DNA of 63,153 nucleotides, the filler included, from Reticulomyxa filosa (Eukaryota; Protista; Foraminifera): the NCBI GenBank assembly GCA_000512085.1. It is 14 parts of 14 records of this genome, joined end to end, with 100 filler letters (N's around TTAATTAATTAA, not from the genome) between each part and the next. Parts side by side here need not be neighbours in the genome. Positions count along the whole stretch, not along the records: positions 53,421 to 54,685 come from ASPP01010346.1; positions 54,786 to 55,939 come from ASPP01022303.1; positions 56,040 to 57,873 come from ASPP01003152.1; positions 57,974 to 63,153 come from ASPP01004949.1; 10 more parts are not named here. One strand, 5' to 3'. Positions 53,421 through 63,153 of this stretch are shown one piece after another. How positions within the stretch are numbered: position 1 is the stretch's first letter; the number at the start of each line of letters is the position of its first letter. Made by a program: the position numbers and the translations under genes. The notes beneath the pieces were generated by a model, which was not told the DNA's origin, did no database searches, and saw nothing but the letters and a program-made list of their open reading frames with translations.

Positions 53421-54685
53421 AGCGCGCAGTGGCGATTGGCCGCCCCTTTGGGCCTTCCGGTGGAGCCCGAGGTGTAGATCACGTACGCCAGGCTCTCCCC
53501 ATGCAACGCCACATCGGGGTCGTGCTCTGGCTCACCACCGAGATCCAGCACATCGAGCTCCAGCACCTCCAGCCGCTCGGTCGCCGGGATACGTTCCCTG
53601 ATCCAGCTTTGCGTCAGCAGCAGCCCGATCCCACTGTCCTCAACCATGTAGGCCAGCCGCTCGCCCGGATACTCCGGGTCCAGCGGCACGTACGCTCCGC
53701 CCGCCTTCAGGATCGCCAGCAGCCCCACCACCATCTCGATCGAGCGCTCCACCGCGATGCCCACCTTCACCTCGGGCCGCACTCCCAAGGCAATCAGCCG
53801 GTGCGCCAGGCGGTTGGCCCGCGTGTTGAGCTCCGCGTAGGTCAGGACCTCATCGCCGAACACCAGCGCGGTGGTTTCCGGACGGGCTTGCACCCGCCGC
53901 TCGATCAGCCGGTGCACCGGCTCCACATCCGGGTACCGCCGCTCGTTCACACCCCAAGCGGCCAACTGCCGACGCTCGGCATCACTCAACAAGTCGATCT
54001 CGCCTACCGCCTGCTCGGGATGGTCGGCCAGCGCCCGCAGCACCGCCACGTAGTGGCCCGCCATTCGCTCGATGGTCTCAGGCTCGAACAGCTCCCGGGC
54101 ATAGCTGAAGCTCACCTGCACTCGCCCATCCGCCGCCTCGCCGCTGTCGACCGTCAGCTCGAACTGCGCCCCCTGCTCCCCGAGCTCGTAGCCCTCCAGG
54201 CTCAGCCCAGGCAGCTTCTCCAGCGCCCGCCGGTCCTGCCGCTGGTGGTTGTACAGCACCTGGAACAGCGGATTGCTGCCCAGGTTGCGCTCGGGCTGCA
54301 GCGCCTCGACCAGTTGCTCGAACGGCAGGTCCTGATTCGCCTGGGCGCCGAGCGCGGCTTCCTTGGCTTGTCTGAGCACCTTCTCCAGGCTCATGCGCCC
54401 TTCAATCACGTTGCGCAGCACCTGCGTGTTCACGAAGAAGCCCACCACCCCTTCGGTCTCCACACGGTGGCGGTTGGCGATCGGCACGCCCACTCGAATG
54501 TCGTGCTGCACCGTGTAGCGCTGCAGCAGCACCTGCACCGCAGCCAGCAGCACCATGAACAGCGTCGCCCCTTCGGCCTGCGCCCGCTTATACAAGCTGC
54601 TCACCAACTCCGCAGGCAACTCGATGCCGCAACTCGCCGCCGTGTAGCGCCCGTTGGCGCGGCGCGGATGGTCCACCGGCAACTG
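53421..54685 (-). CDS. Bacterial non-ribosomal peptide synthetase fragment (end of condensation domain + start of adenylation domain)
   Basis: C-domain motifs VGFFVNTQVLR, QDLPFEQLVEAL and NPLFQV; A-domain A1 LTYAELNTRANRLA, A2 LKAGGAYVPLDP and A3 LAYVIYTSGSTGRPKG. GC-rich, intronless and fills the whole contig. Confidence 0.96.
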
Positions 54686-55249
54686 NNNNNNNNNNNNNNN
54701 NNNNNNNNNNNNNNNNNNNNNNNNNNNNNTTAATTAATTAANNNNNNNNNNNNNNNNNNNNNNNNNNNNNNNNNNNNNNNNNNNNCATTTTCTTTGTAAT
54801 GGCATTTGGTTACTTTTACCTGCCACAGATACAGTGTTTCTTATGTTTCGACATAAAAGGATCTAAGTCACCATAAGAAATTTATTTTTTTAGATGAATA
54901 GACCGACTATTTTTTTTAAAAAAAGATTATTGGAACAAGAGCGTTGCAATTATGGCACAAAGGAAGCAGATGATGGCAGCAATACTGAAGACAATCAGAA
55001 TGCTCAGTCGAATCCTGAGTCCGTTTGGACGCAAATACCAACGATGATCACCGCATATCACATTTGTTGCGGTGGATCGCAAGCAAATGGAGGTTATTTA
55101 TTCTTTTTTATACCCTTTTTTTTTTTAATTAAAAAAAAGCTAAATTTAAATGATGATTCTAACAAGTTTTTTTTATGTGTTGAAATAAAAAAGTAGACTG
55201 ATAAACATAAAATGATTTTTTTTGTTTTGTATGAAAATGTGAAATTGAG

Positions 55250-55800
55250 TGAAGACTGTCAATAGAAGTAGGTCCAACAGATAACGTCCACTCACACCGG
55301 ACTCAATAAAAGAAGTAAAGGAGTATGATGATGTATTATTTGATGATGCATTGGCAAACGAGGGTGCCAACGGTAATGTGGACGGCGCCTTTTTTCAGTG
55401 GATGCAACTGCAATGAAGCGACAATGTACGTACAGTGCATGCACATACGTATACCAGACCAACTGATGACCAAGCAGCATGTAAATTATATAATCAATCA
55501 CAAATACTTGAAAGGATTGCAGCTGCAGCTGGCGAACGTCCTGAATAATGCATAAGATAATCCCATTCTCAAATCCAAGCATTATCTTTGTCGTCGCATC
55601 ATATTGTGGTTATATGCCATAGCGAACCTGGGACGTAGCTGCCGTCACTCTACCCGGCGTGGTCGTGTCTACTTCGTATGTTGGTATGCATAACAATAAC
55701 CACACGTCGAATCTAATTTGGATTGTATTGCAAATGATCCTTTTTCGAGGCAATTGTTGAGATTCTTAAAGCACTGGACGCGCTATGTCTTTGAATATCC
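55250..55800 (-). pseudogene. Possible degraded purple acid phosphatase-like (metallophosphoesterase) remnant
   Basis: Frameshifted pieces WDYLMH, LVWYTYVHALY (cf. xxFxGHVHxYER) and KGAVHITVGT occur in the expected order; heavily disrupted. Confidence 0.3.
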
Positions 55801-56039
55801 ACAATAAAGAAAAACTTGGCGGGCTTGTCCTTGTCAATACAACTTGTTGCAACACAAATAAACCAAAAAAAACAGTTAAACATTTAACAAAAAAGGAAAC
55901 GAACAAAAGATAGTTTTTGTCATTGAAGAAAAACTCAAANNNNNNNNNNNNNNNNNNNNNNNNNNNNNNNNNNNNNNNNNNNNTTAATTAATTAANNNNN
56001 NNNNNNNNNNNNNNNNNNNNNNNNNNNNNNNNNNNNNNN

Positions 56040-56175
56040 TGATAAAAGTGTTCGTTTGTGGGATATTCGATATGGTCAACAAACTCAAGTGTTCAATGTG
56101 CATACAGATCATGTATGGTCTGTTGAATATTCACCATTTGTAATAAAAAATAATAATGGTAATTCAAATGTGACA
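56040..56175 (+). pseudogene. Truncated WD40 family fragment
   Basis: DKSVRLWDIRYGQQTQVFNVHTDHVWSVEYSPFVIKNNNGNSNV, after which similarity ends. Confidence 0.7.
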
Positions 56176-57363
56176 AAAACATTTACTTAAGTGGTTTTGG
56201 ATCTTCTACCTCTTTAATTTATCTTTAATGTCTTTTTTTTGGGGGGAATTTGTTATCTTCTTTCCATTTACTAGTCTTTCACTCTTTATGTTGTAGCTGT
56301 GTGCAAAGCGAATATATCCTTTATATCATATTCTATATGCCTTTACACCATTTGGGCATGTAAAATAACAAAAGCATTATTTTGAACAATAACTTGAGAA
56401 ACAACAAGTCCATTTAATGATTACTGTTTGGAGAACAAATGAGATAATGCAAATATTAAGTTATCCACAGAAATAAAAAAAATTTTCCAATAGATGAAAT
56501 AACATGCACAACAAGTTATTTGTTGTTTAAAAAATTTTTAAATTTGTTAGAAATAAATCATTACAATTCAAAATTTGGATAAAACTTGAATTATTTCATT
56601 TTGCATTTTGTGTTAGATGACAAGCATGTTATATTTAGGAATTATCAATTATATAAAAGGAGATAAAATGGAAGTGTTATGAACATACATTATTGGTTTA
56701 TTTAAAAATATCGATGAAAATCATCAAGAAAAAAATCATTATGTAAACCAAGAAATCAAGGCTATTGTGTATTAATTTTTTTCGACTTTATTGTTTATTT
56801 GTAAAAAAATTTCACTCCATTTTTAAAAAATATAATAAAAATGTTTTGGGTTTTTTCTTTTCTTAAACAGGACTTTTTGTGAAAATGAAAAAGATCAAAG
56901 AAAAAACCATGTTGCCTTGAATGTGGAGGAGAAAAAAAAGTGGCAGTTTTTTCTAATTCTTTTATCTTTTATTTCATTTATCAAATTTTGTTATTTTTAC
57001 TTCGGTGTCAATGTCTTTTTTCAAGTGCATACCTTGCTTCAAATAAGTTTCAAAGTAAAATACCTTTAATCAGCTTCGAAAGTAACAATGCGCACTTTCA
57101 AAATTTTAATTTAAAAAGAAAACTATTGAATGTTTGGTTTGCGCCCACCATCGACGTCGTGAGGTTTGTGTACTGGTAATTTTGAGTGCGCTGTCAGCAC
57201 GATAAAAATAGCTATTTCAAGTGAATTTTGTTTTAAAATGTTTACTGTTTTTTTTTTTGCAATACAATGAATTGCTTCTTGCATATTTGTGAATAAAGGT
57301 AGCAGTAAGAAGTTAAAAAATTTGTGGGCGACATCGTTAAAAAAAAATCATATATCAATAAAT

Positions 57364-57853
57364 ATGAAGTCCTTTGGACGCCTGCGTTGGGATTGTAATC
57401 CTTTGTTTTTTGCAAATGTGAGATCATTTTCATCAAAATTCAATCTTCAGCAAGCTCTGAGTTATTCAATTTATTTTTTTTTTAAAAAAAAGGTGCTTTG
57501 GGTCGTCACTAAAAACTGAAAAAAGTGGTGTTGGTTAAAAATGAAACTTTGTGATACTCAGAGGCACCTGAGAAACTTCTTTTGACCCCCGGACCATTAT
57601 CATCAAGTCCGACAGTCAAGCAAGCCATGTGTCGAGATTTTGGAAGCCGAGATGGAAGTTACATGTATCTTTGTGCTTTTTTTTTTTTAAAAAAAAAAGG
57701 AAAATGGCAACTGTGTGATGTACATTACAATGCATATAAAATACGTATCACAAACATTTGGAAGAATTTATCGACTTGGTTCGCTCAGTAAGACAAGGAA
57801 TACTTGATGTCGAAAAACTGGATCCAAAAGAATTCACTTCTATTTTGATGCAA
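57364..57853 (+). CDS. 2-aminoethylphosphonate:pyruvate transaminase (PhnW/AEPT-like), intron-containing, putative mitochondrial presequence, 3' partial
   Basis: Splicing out 57461..57561 and 57658..57764 gives MKSFGRLRW...VRSFSS...[46 protein letters not shown]...FTSILMQ, the class-V aminotransferase PhnW N-terminus. Confidence 0.8.
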
Positions 57854-57973
57854 GTTTAACAAACAAAAAAAAGNNNNNNNNNNNNNNNNNNNNNNNNNNN
57901 NNNNNNNNNNNNNNNNNTTAATTAATTAANNNNNNNNNNNNNNNNNNNNNNNNNNNNNNNNNNNNNNNNNNNN

Positions 57974-58221
57974 CTGGAAGTGCCAGAGGTGGTCATTATT
58001 TTGCTTATATCAAATGTGGACAACGATGGTTTGACTGCAACGACTCTAGTGTTACTCGAATTTCGGAGTCACATGTATTATATGTAAATCTGTTTACATT
58101 TCTTTTTTATAATAATAATTATTATTTGTATTGTTGTGAAATAAAGGTAACTGATAATGGTCAAGGATATGTGTTTTTCTATCGAAGAAAAACGTTATAT
58201 CAGAGTGAAAAACAGCTCTAA
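57974..58221 (+). CDS. Ubiquitin-specific protease (USP/C19), last two exons, 5' partial
   Basis: His box GSARGGHYFAYIK...WFDCNDSSV, an intron, then GYVFFYRRK...* at 58221. Confidence 0.87.
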
Positions 58222-59103
58222 AGTTTTTTAATATTGTTTTTTTCATGACAATATTTCAAAAAAAAAAGAATTTCAAAGTCAAGCTTTTTTTTTTTATACA
58301 ACTTGATTATGCTTGTTTCATTTTTAAAAAAAATTTGTCGTTGCTTTTGCAATGAAATTTATATTCAATTACTTAACAAATGTTCTCTCGATGCGATTAT
58401 ATATAGCAACGTAATTGAAGATTGCAGGTAGAATTAAAAAAATTGAAACCTAATTTATTTTTTTTTAACAAAAGTACTGTAGTACGAAATGTTTTTTATT
58501 TGTAAAACTTTTTGAGCGTCTTATGAGATGATCAATTTTCTATTTAAAAATCAACATTTTGATAACTTTACTAGTAATATTTCAACTTGTAATGATTTTT
58601 AACAATCAAAATTTTGTGTTAATGCTATTTTTGACTTGCTTATGTTTTATTATTTATGTTACTTTTATGTTTTAAAGCTTTTTGTTTTTTAAATAGCACA
58701 GAAAACTTTAATCTTTTTATTATTAAAATTTTAGAGTTAAATATAGATTGATTAAAAAAATATTTGCTTTAAAAAGACTTGATATTATTGTTATATCTTG
58801 AATATTATTTTAATAAAAATATTAATACAAAAAAATTGTGTACTTATCAACAATACATAAGAAAAAATGTAATTCTTGTAAATATAATAATATATAATAA
58901 TATTGTTTAAAAAAACATCTTCAAGTACATTTCATTTTTTTTCTAAACAAAAAATGTTTGATTATCTTCATAAAATACTATTTTCATGGTATCAAGACTT
59001 TTGTCCTTACATATATTGTTAAAATAAAATATCAAAATTACATTAAATAACTGACTTTTTTTTTTTACAGTTTTTGATTAAAATCCTCTCAAGATATTCT
59101 AAA

Positions 59104-59622
59104 ATGGCACATGCTTCATTTGAAACTAATGAACAAGAGGGTATAGAAGGTTGTGTAGATGACTTTATAGATGATTGTTTGGATGAATTTTTGGAAGGCA
59201 ACGACCCTAAAGCAAAAGTTTTCAAGAGGATAGTCATACAAAAAAGTAATCAAAGACAAATAGTCTTGAAGAATGCTCGAGGTAATTGGACATTACAAAG
59301 ATTAATTGAAGCATTAAAAGATGAAGATTCAGATCTTTCTGGTTTCAGTAATTTTACTCTCATTTATAATAGTCATGTACTTGATGATCAAGTTTTGTAT
59401 GAATTACGTACAGCAAAAAAAAAAAAAAAAACAAAAACATTTAAAATAAATAAATAAATAAAGAAAAAAACACTTTGGGATTATGGAATTAAAGACGATG
59501 CTATCATTAGAATAATGTTTACAGTACTTGGTGGAGTCACCTTCAAGATAACAACAATGATATGTTCTAAAAAAAGGAATAGAGAATATTTTGACATTGT
59601 CCACAGCAACAAAGAGATATAA
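59104..59622 (+). CDS. Divergent ubiquitin-like protein with acidic leader, VLGG motif and 28-aa C-terminal extension
   Basis: Exon 1 is 59104..59391, with a phase-0 intron at 59392..59463. Exon 2 KKTLWDYGIKDDAIIRIMFTVLGG parallels ubiquitin [23 protein letters not shown]; GG at 59530..59535. Confidence 0.75.
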
Positions 59623-60072
59623 ATATTTATAACAGATTGGATAAATTGTTTTCCCCATTCAAGGTAAATGTTTACTCCATTTTTTTTTATTTTTGGAGTG
59701 AAGCAATTATTTTATTTTTACTAAAAGATTTTTTATTTGGATAATAAGAAATTATAAATTATATACATATAAAATAGGCCTTTTGCCTTATTTTTGAGTA
59801 TCTTATTTCTGTCACGTATCTGTTTGTAATTGATTAAAGTGAACAGATGATTCAATTGTTATTGATCTATTCTCTAGCATCATGTTTTTTGTTTTTTTTA
59901 AGATTTTATGGAATTGAAAAAGAGTGATTATATGTGTTTCAAAACTCTTTATTTTTGATTACAATCAATTAATTTTGAATTTTTGCCCACATTTTAAAAA
60001 AAAAATAATTAAGAAGACAAACATGCAATTATTGAAAAAAAAAAAGTTAGAGTTATTTGTTACACATAAAAT

Positions 60073-61408
60073 CTACTCTCCTTTTTCCATTTTTTCATAA
60101 AAGAATACGTACACACACGTCGTTCTTGATGGATTATACGTGGCTAAGTGTATATATTAAAAAAAAAAATTAGTAATGATTTGTGATTATGAAAAAAAAG
60201 AAATAAAAATAAAATAACTGAAGTTTGCTTAATTGTAGAAAGATCATTGCAATAGAAATATTGATTATTGGTTCTTTACATAAGCATTGCAATGTCTATA
60301 TTTGCTATGACCCAAGTGACAACATTTTATCTATTTTAATCTATTTTTACACATAAAAATTTATTATTATTATTGGAAAAAAGTAAATAAATATATGTTA
60401 ACTGATAGATTAGCAATCATATTCAATTTTTTAAGATCAATCAATGGATCTATAGTAAGATTGGATAGTATTCTTGAATTTTCAATTTAATAATTAATAC
60501 TTGATGGAGTTGCCATATCTACACATAGGATATTTAATATTATTTGTAACTTCTTTTGTTGAGTTTTGTAGATATACATTTCCTTTTAATTGATCAATAT
60601 ATTAATTCTATGTTTTATAGTTAGTTTTTTGTAAGACACTTTTTTTTTTTTTTTTACTTAACATATTCGTTTAATGGATATGAAATGGATCAATATACAA
60701 ATTTATCAAATAATACATGTTCAAAGGAACATTTCAAGTATTTTTGTGTTCTACATTCCATACCTTTTTTTTTTTTTTTGAATATATTTTCAAATTATAA
60801 GTAAATAATAACGTATACAATCACACTCTTTTTTTTTTTTCTTTATATATAAATATAAATTTAACAAAAGTTTAACCTAAAACAAATAACAAAAATCGAA
60901 ATGGATCATTTTGTTTCCCTGAGTAAGAATCGAGATCAATATTTACGGATCGAATCTTTTGAACAAATTCAGTAACTTTTTCTATACTTTAATTATTTAT
61001 TGCCCAATACACTGAAAAAAATGATTTTACAATTGTTATTGAAAGAATTATATATATTGAATAATATATATATTGTCTAAATTTTTGACAATGAGCTAAA
61101 CATTGCATTATTGAATTAGTATAGCAAGAGTTACTATTCCATTTCAACGCTAATGGTTTTTGTATTGCTACATATACACATATATATATATTATTTTTTA
61201 AAAATAATATAATCTTCTAACTGTTATATTCAAAATCATTTTGTTTTATCTTGTATTTTTATCATATTATGATTTACTTATTTGCTGTTCTTTCAACTTT
61301 AATTCCTCTATTTTATAATTAAATGTTTCTTTTATTTCTTTTTGTAACTCTATTAAATTTATTTTTTAATTCCTCTTTCTTTTTGCTAAATTTGTTGTTT
61401 GATTTCAT
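60073..61408 (-). pseudogene. Decayed ubiquitin-specific protease (USP) gene, absent from the ORF track
   Basis: Minus strand, in correct order: Cys box LALKWNSNSCYTNSIMQCLAHCQKFRQY (Cys at 61124..61126), GKQNDPF, VLIIKLK, His box HLGHSKYRHCNAYVK/QYFYCND, and YVFFYEKM. Stops and frameshifts throughout. Confidence 0.75.
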
Positions 61409-61683
61409 TAATATTAAAGATATATAATTGTTAATGTTGTAGAAAATAATAAAATGCATTTTTTAACTTAGAAAAATTGATTTATCTTTATAAAGTACTG
61501 GTAAAATGATACTTTATAAAAAATATTTTTTTTTTTTTTTTTTAAGAAAGAAATCAGTTGAAATAATATTTTTCGTAATACACTATCTTAAAATATTACG
61601 AAATGAATAGAAATTCAAATTTTTTTTAAAATTGAAAAAAAAACAATCATATACTGTAATTACTTTTTTTAAAGAATTTGTTT

Positions 61684-62833
61684 TTAATTTGGAACAACTG
61701 TGCAAACAACATTAGAATGTTCTGGTTTCCATTGAACGAGACAGATCATACAAAATTCACCTTTGCAATCAGGACATTTTACATGTTTGCATCTTTCTGT
61801 CCATTGAATCATCTATAATTATTAATATATAAATATATAAATATATAAATATATAAATATGTATATATTTATATATAATTGAAACTGCTCTGCATTGGGT
61901 ATTTAGACAAAGTCGTAATGTTGGAACATTTGCAATACCACTAATTGTTGCAGTTTTACTATTTCGAAGCAATTCTTTAGCTAGAGGAGATATTTCAGTT
62001 TCTTTATTTGTACTCTGCTCATATTTTGCCATTAAATCTTTATTTTCTTCTGGTGTTAATTGTGCTAACCATGCAAAATCTGAAAAGGATAATGATTTTC
62101 CGCAACTTGTTGAAAATTGACATTTCAAGACACTTGGTCGGCGATTATTGATTTCATCTATAAAAAAAATAATTTATAAAATAAGAAAAACATGGAGTGA
62201 AAAAAAAAAATATATGGAGTAAAATAAAATTTGGAGTAAAATAAAATTTGGAGTAAAATAAAATTTAGAGTATATCCAAACTTTTCAACATATTATACGC
62301 TGTTTCAGCTGATGTAACTGTACCACAACATGAAATTTTTGCATTATAATATCCTTCCACTAATTCATAAGTATGACTAAAACATCCATCTTTTACAGGT
62401 ATAATATTCTTTGGCCAAGTTGTTAAATCCTTTGGATATTGACGTTGTATAGAAGTTCCACCAAGAACATGCCAAACAGTGGATATCATAGAATTATCTT
62501 TAAATCCAAGTTGAGCTAAAGTTTTACTCTATTTAAATTAAAAAACAAAAAAAAGAAATATATAATTAATTTATTTTTTTTTGGAGTTAGTTATTCTTAA
62601 AAGTACAAAACTTTATCATTCAGCTCATGACTGTTTAAATAAAGAGTAACAGATTTTGCCTCAGCAAAATTTGAATCTTTATCTTTCAATTCTTCTAAAA
62701 ATCTTTGTAATGTCCAATTAGATGGGATATCTTTTAGCATAAGACGCTTTTGATTACTTTTGTTAACTACAATGTTTTTATAAATTTCAACATTTTCTGC
62801 AACAAAATTGCCAAGATTAAGTTCTTCGTCCAT
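61684..62833 (-). CDS. Ubl(VLGG)-RING1-like-RING2(Rcat) RBR-family-like E3 ligase, 4 exons
   Basis: Exon 1 is 62833..62612; exon 2 starts at 62528 (SKTLAQLGFKDNSMISTVWHVLGG). Degenerate RING follows (CFSH..AKISCCG..CQFSTSC). RING2 reads CLNTQCRAMIQWTERCKHVKCPDCKGEFCMICL, with the stop at 61684. Confidence 0.78.
62216..62266 (+). repeat. Intronic tandem repeat, 3 x 17 bp
   Basis: GGAGTAAAATAAAATTT repeated three times. Confidence 0.9.
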
Positions 62834-63153
62834 TCTTTTTTTTTTTTTTTTATTAGAAAAGAAGTTAGTTAATTAAGCAAACAAACAAACAAAAACACTT
62901 CAAGGGGTTTACTTTTTCTAATAGTTCATTATTACAGTAGAACAAAAAAGAAAGTTGATACCTAAAATGGCACTTTATGAAGATAATTGATTTTCTCCAT
63001 GAAAAAAAACAGTATTTAATCAAAATTTTTTAATTAAAAGAAAATATCTATGAATTGTGTAGTTTTTAAATATCATCTTTTAAAATTTTTTTTTTTTTAA
63101 ATTTAAGCTCATCATTTGTTTTTTTTCTATTTTAGTTTTTAGAGATGTTTTAT

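Noticed and set aside
41339-54685. Horizontal transfer of nadE or the NRPS into the host genome
   Set aside because: Each sits alone on its own intronless contig with no flanking host sequence; a symbiont or contaminant origin is simpler.
53429-54733. 434-aa plus-strand ORF overlapping the NRPS
   Set aside because: Antisense shadow ORF typical of GC-rich coding DNA; it has no domain features and runs into the linker.
2818-57973. Recurrent TTAATTAATTAA motif flanked by Ns as a repeat, CRISPR or regulatory element
   Set aside because: It is a fixed 100-nt artificial concatenation linker with six-frame stops. ORFs running into X residues are artefacts of it.
62216-62266. 3 x 17-bp direct repeat as a mini-CRISPR
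   Set aside because: Head-to-tail copies with no spacers inside a eukaryotic intron.

Overview
This window is not one locus. It is 14 unrelated contigs joined by 13 artificial 100-nt spacers (N44-TTAATTAATTAA-N44), so gene adjacency is meaningful only within a contig. Twelve contigs are AT-rich eukaryotic DNA with short GT-AG introns full of homopolymer and (TA)n runs. The WD40 and kelch family signatures resemble those I recall from the foraminiferan Reticulomyxa filosa; this is an inference, not a database result. Recognisable eukaryotic genes are a REJ-domain protein, an ankyrin protein, a KH-like repeat protein, WD40 and kelch-WD40 proteins, two sulfotransferases, an arylsulfatase, a Cys-rich secreted protein, a TRP-like channel, an EF-hand/LOTUS/pseudokinase CDPK-like protein, RPA2, a PDI pseudogene, a Munc13-like MUN+C2 protein, a DSP-UBA phosphatase, cytochrome b5 reductase, the AlaRS C-terminus and an intron-containing 2-aminoethylphosphonate transaminase. 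Two contigs look bacterial: an AT-rich one with nadE plus an orphan ORF, and a GC-rich NRPS fragment. The best candidate for an undescribed system is the last contig (57974-63153), a four-gene ubiquitin-system cluster largely invisible in the ORF track. It holds a USP deubiquitinase 3' end, a divergent ubiquitin-like precursor ending VLGG plus a tail, a decayed second USP, and a paralogous Ubl(VLGG)-RING1-like-RING2 E3 that apparently lacks the IBR domain. All exon structures were derived by hand and need RNA confirmation.
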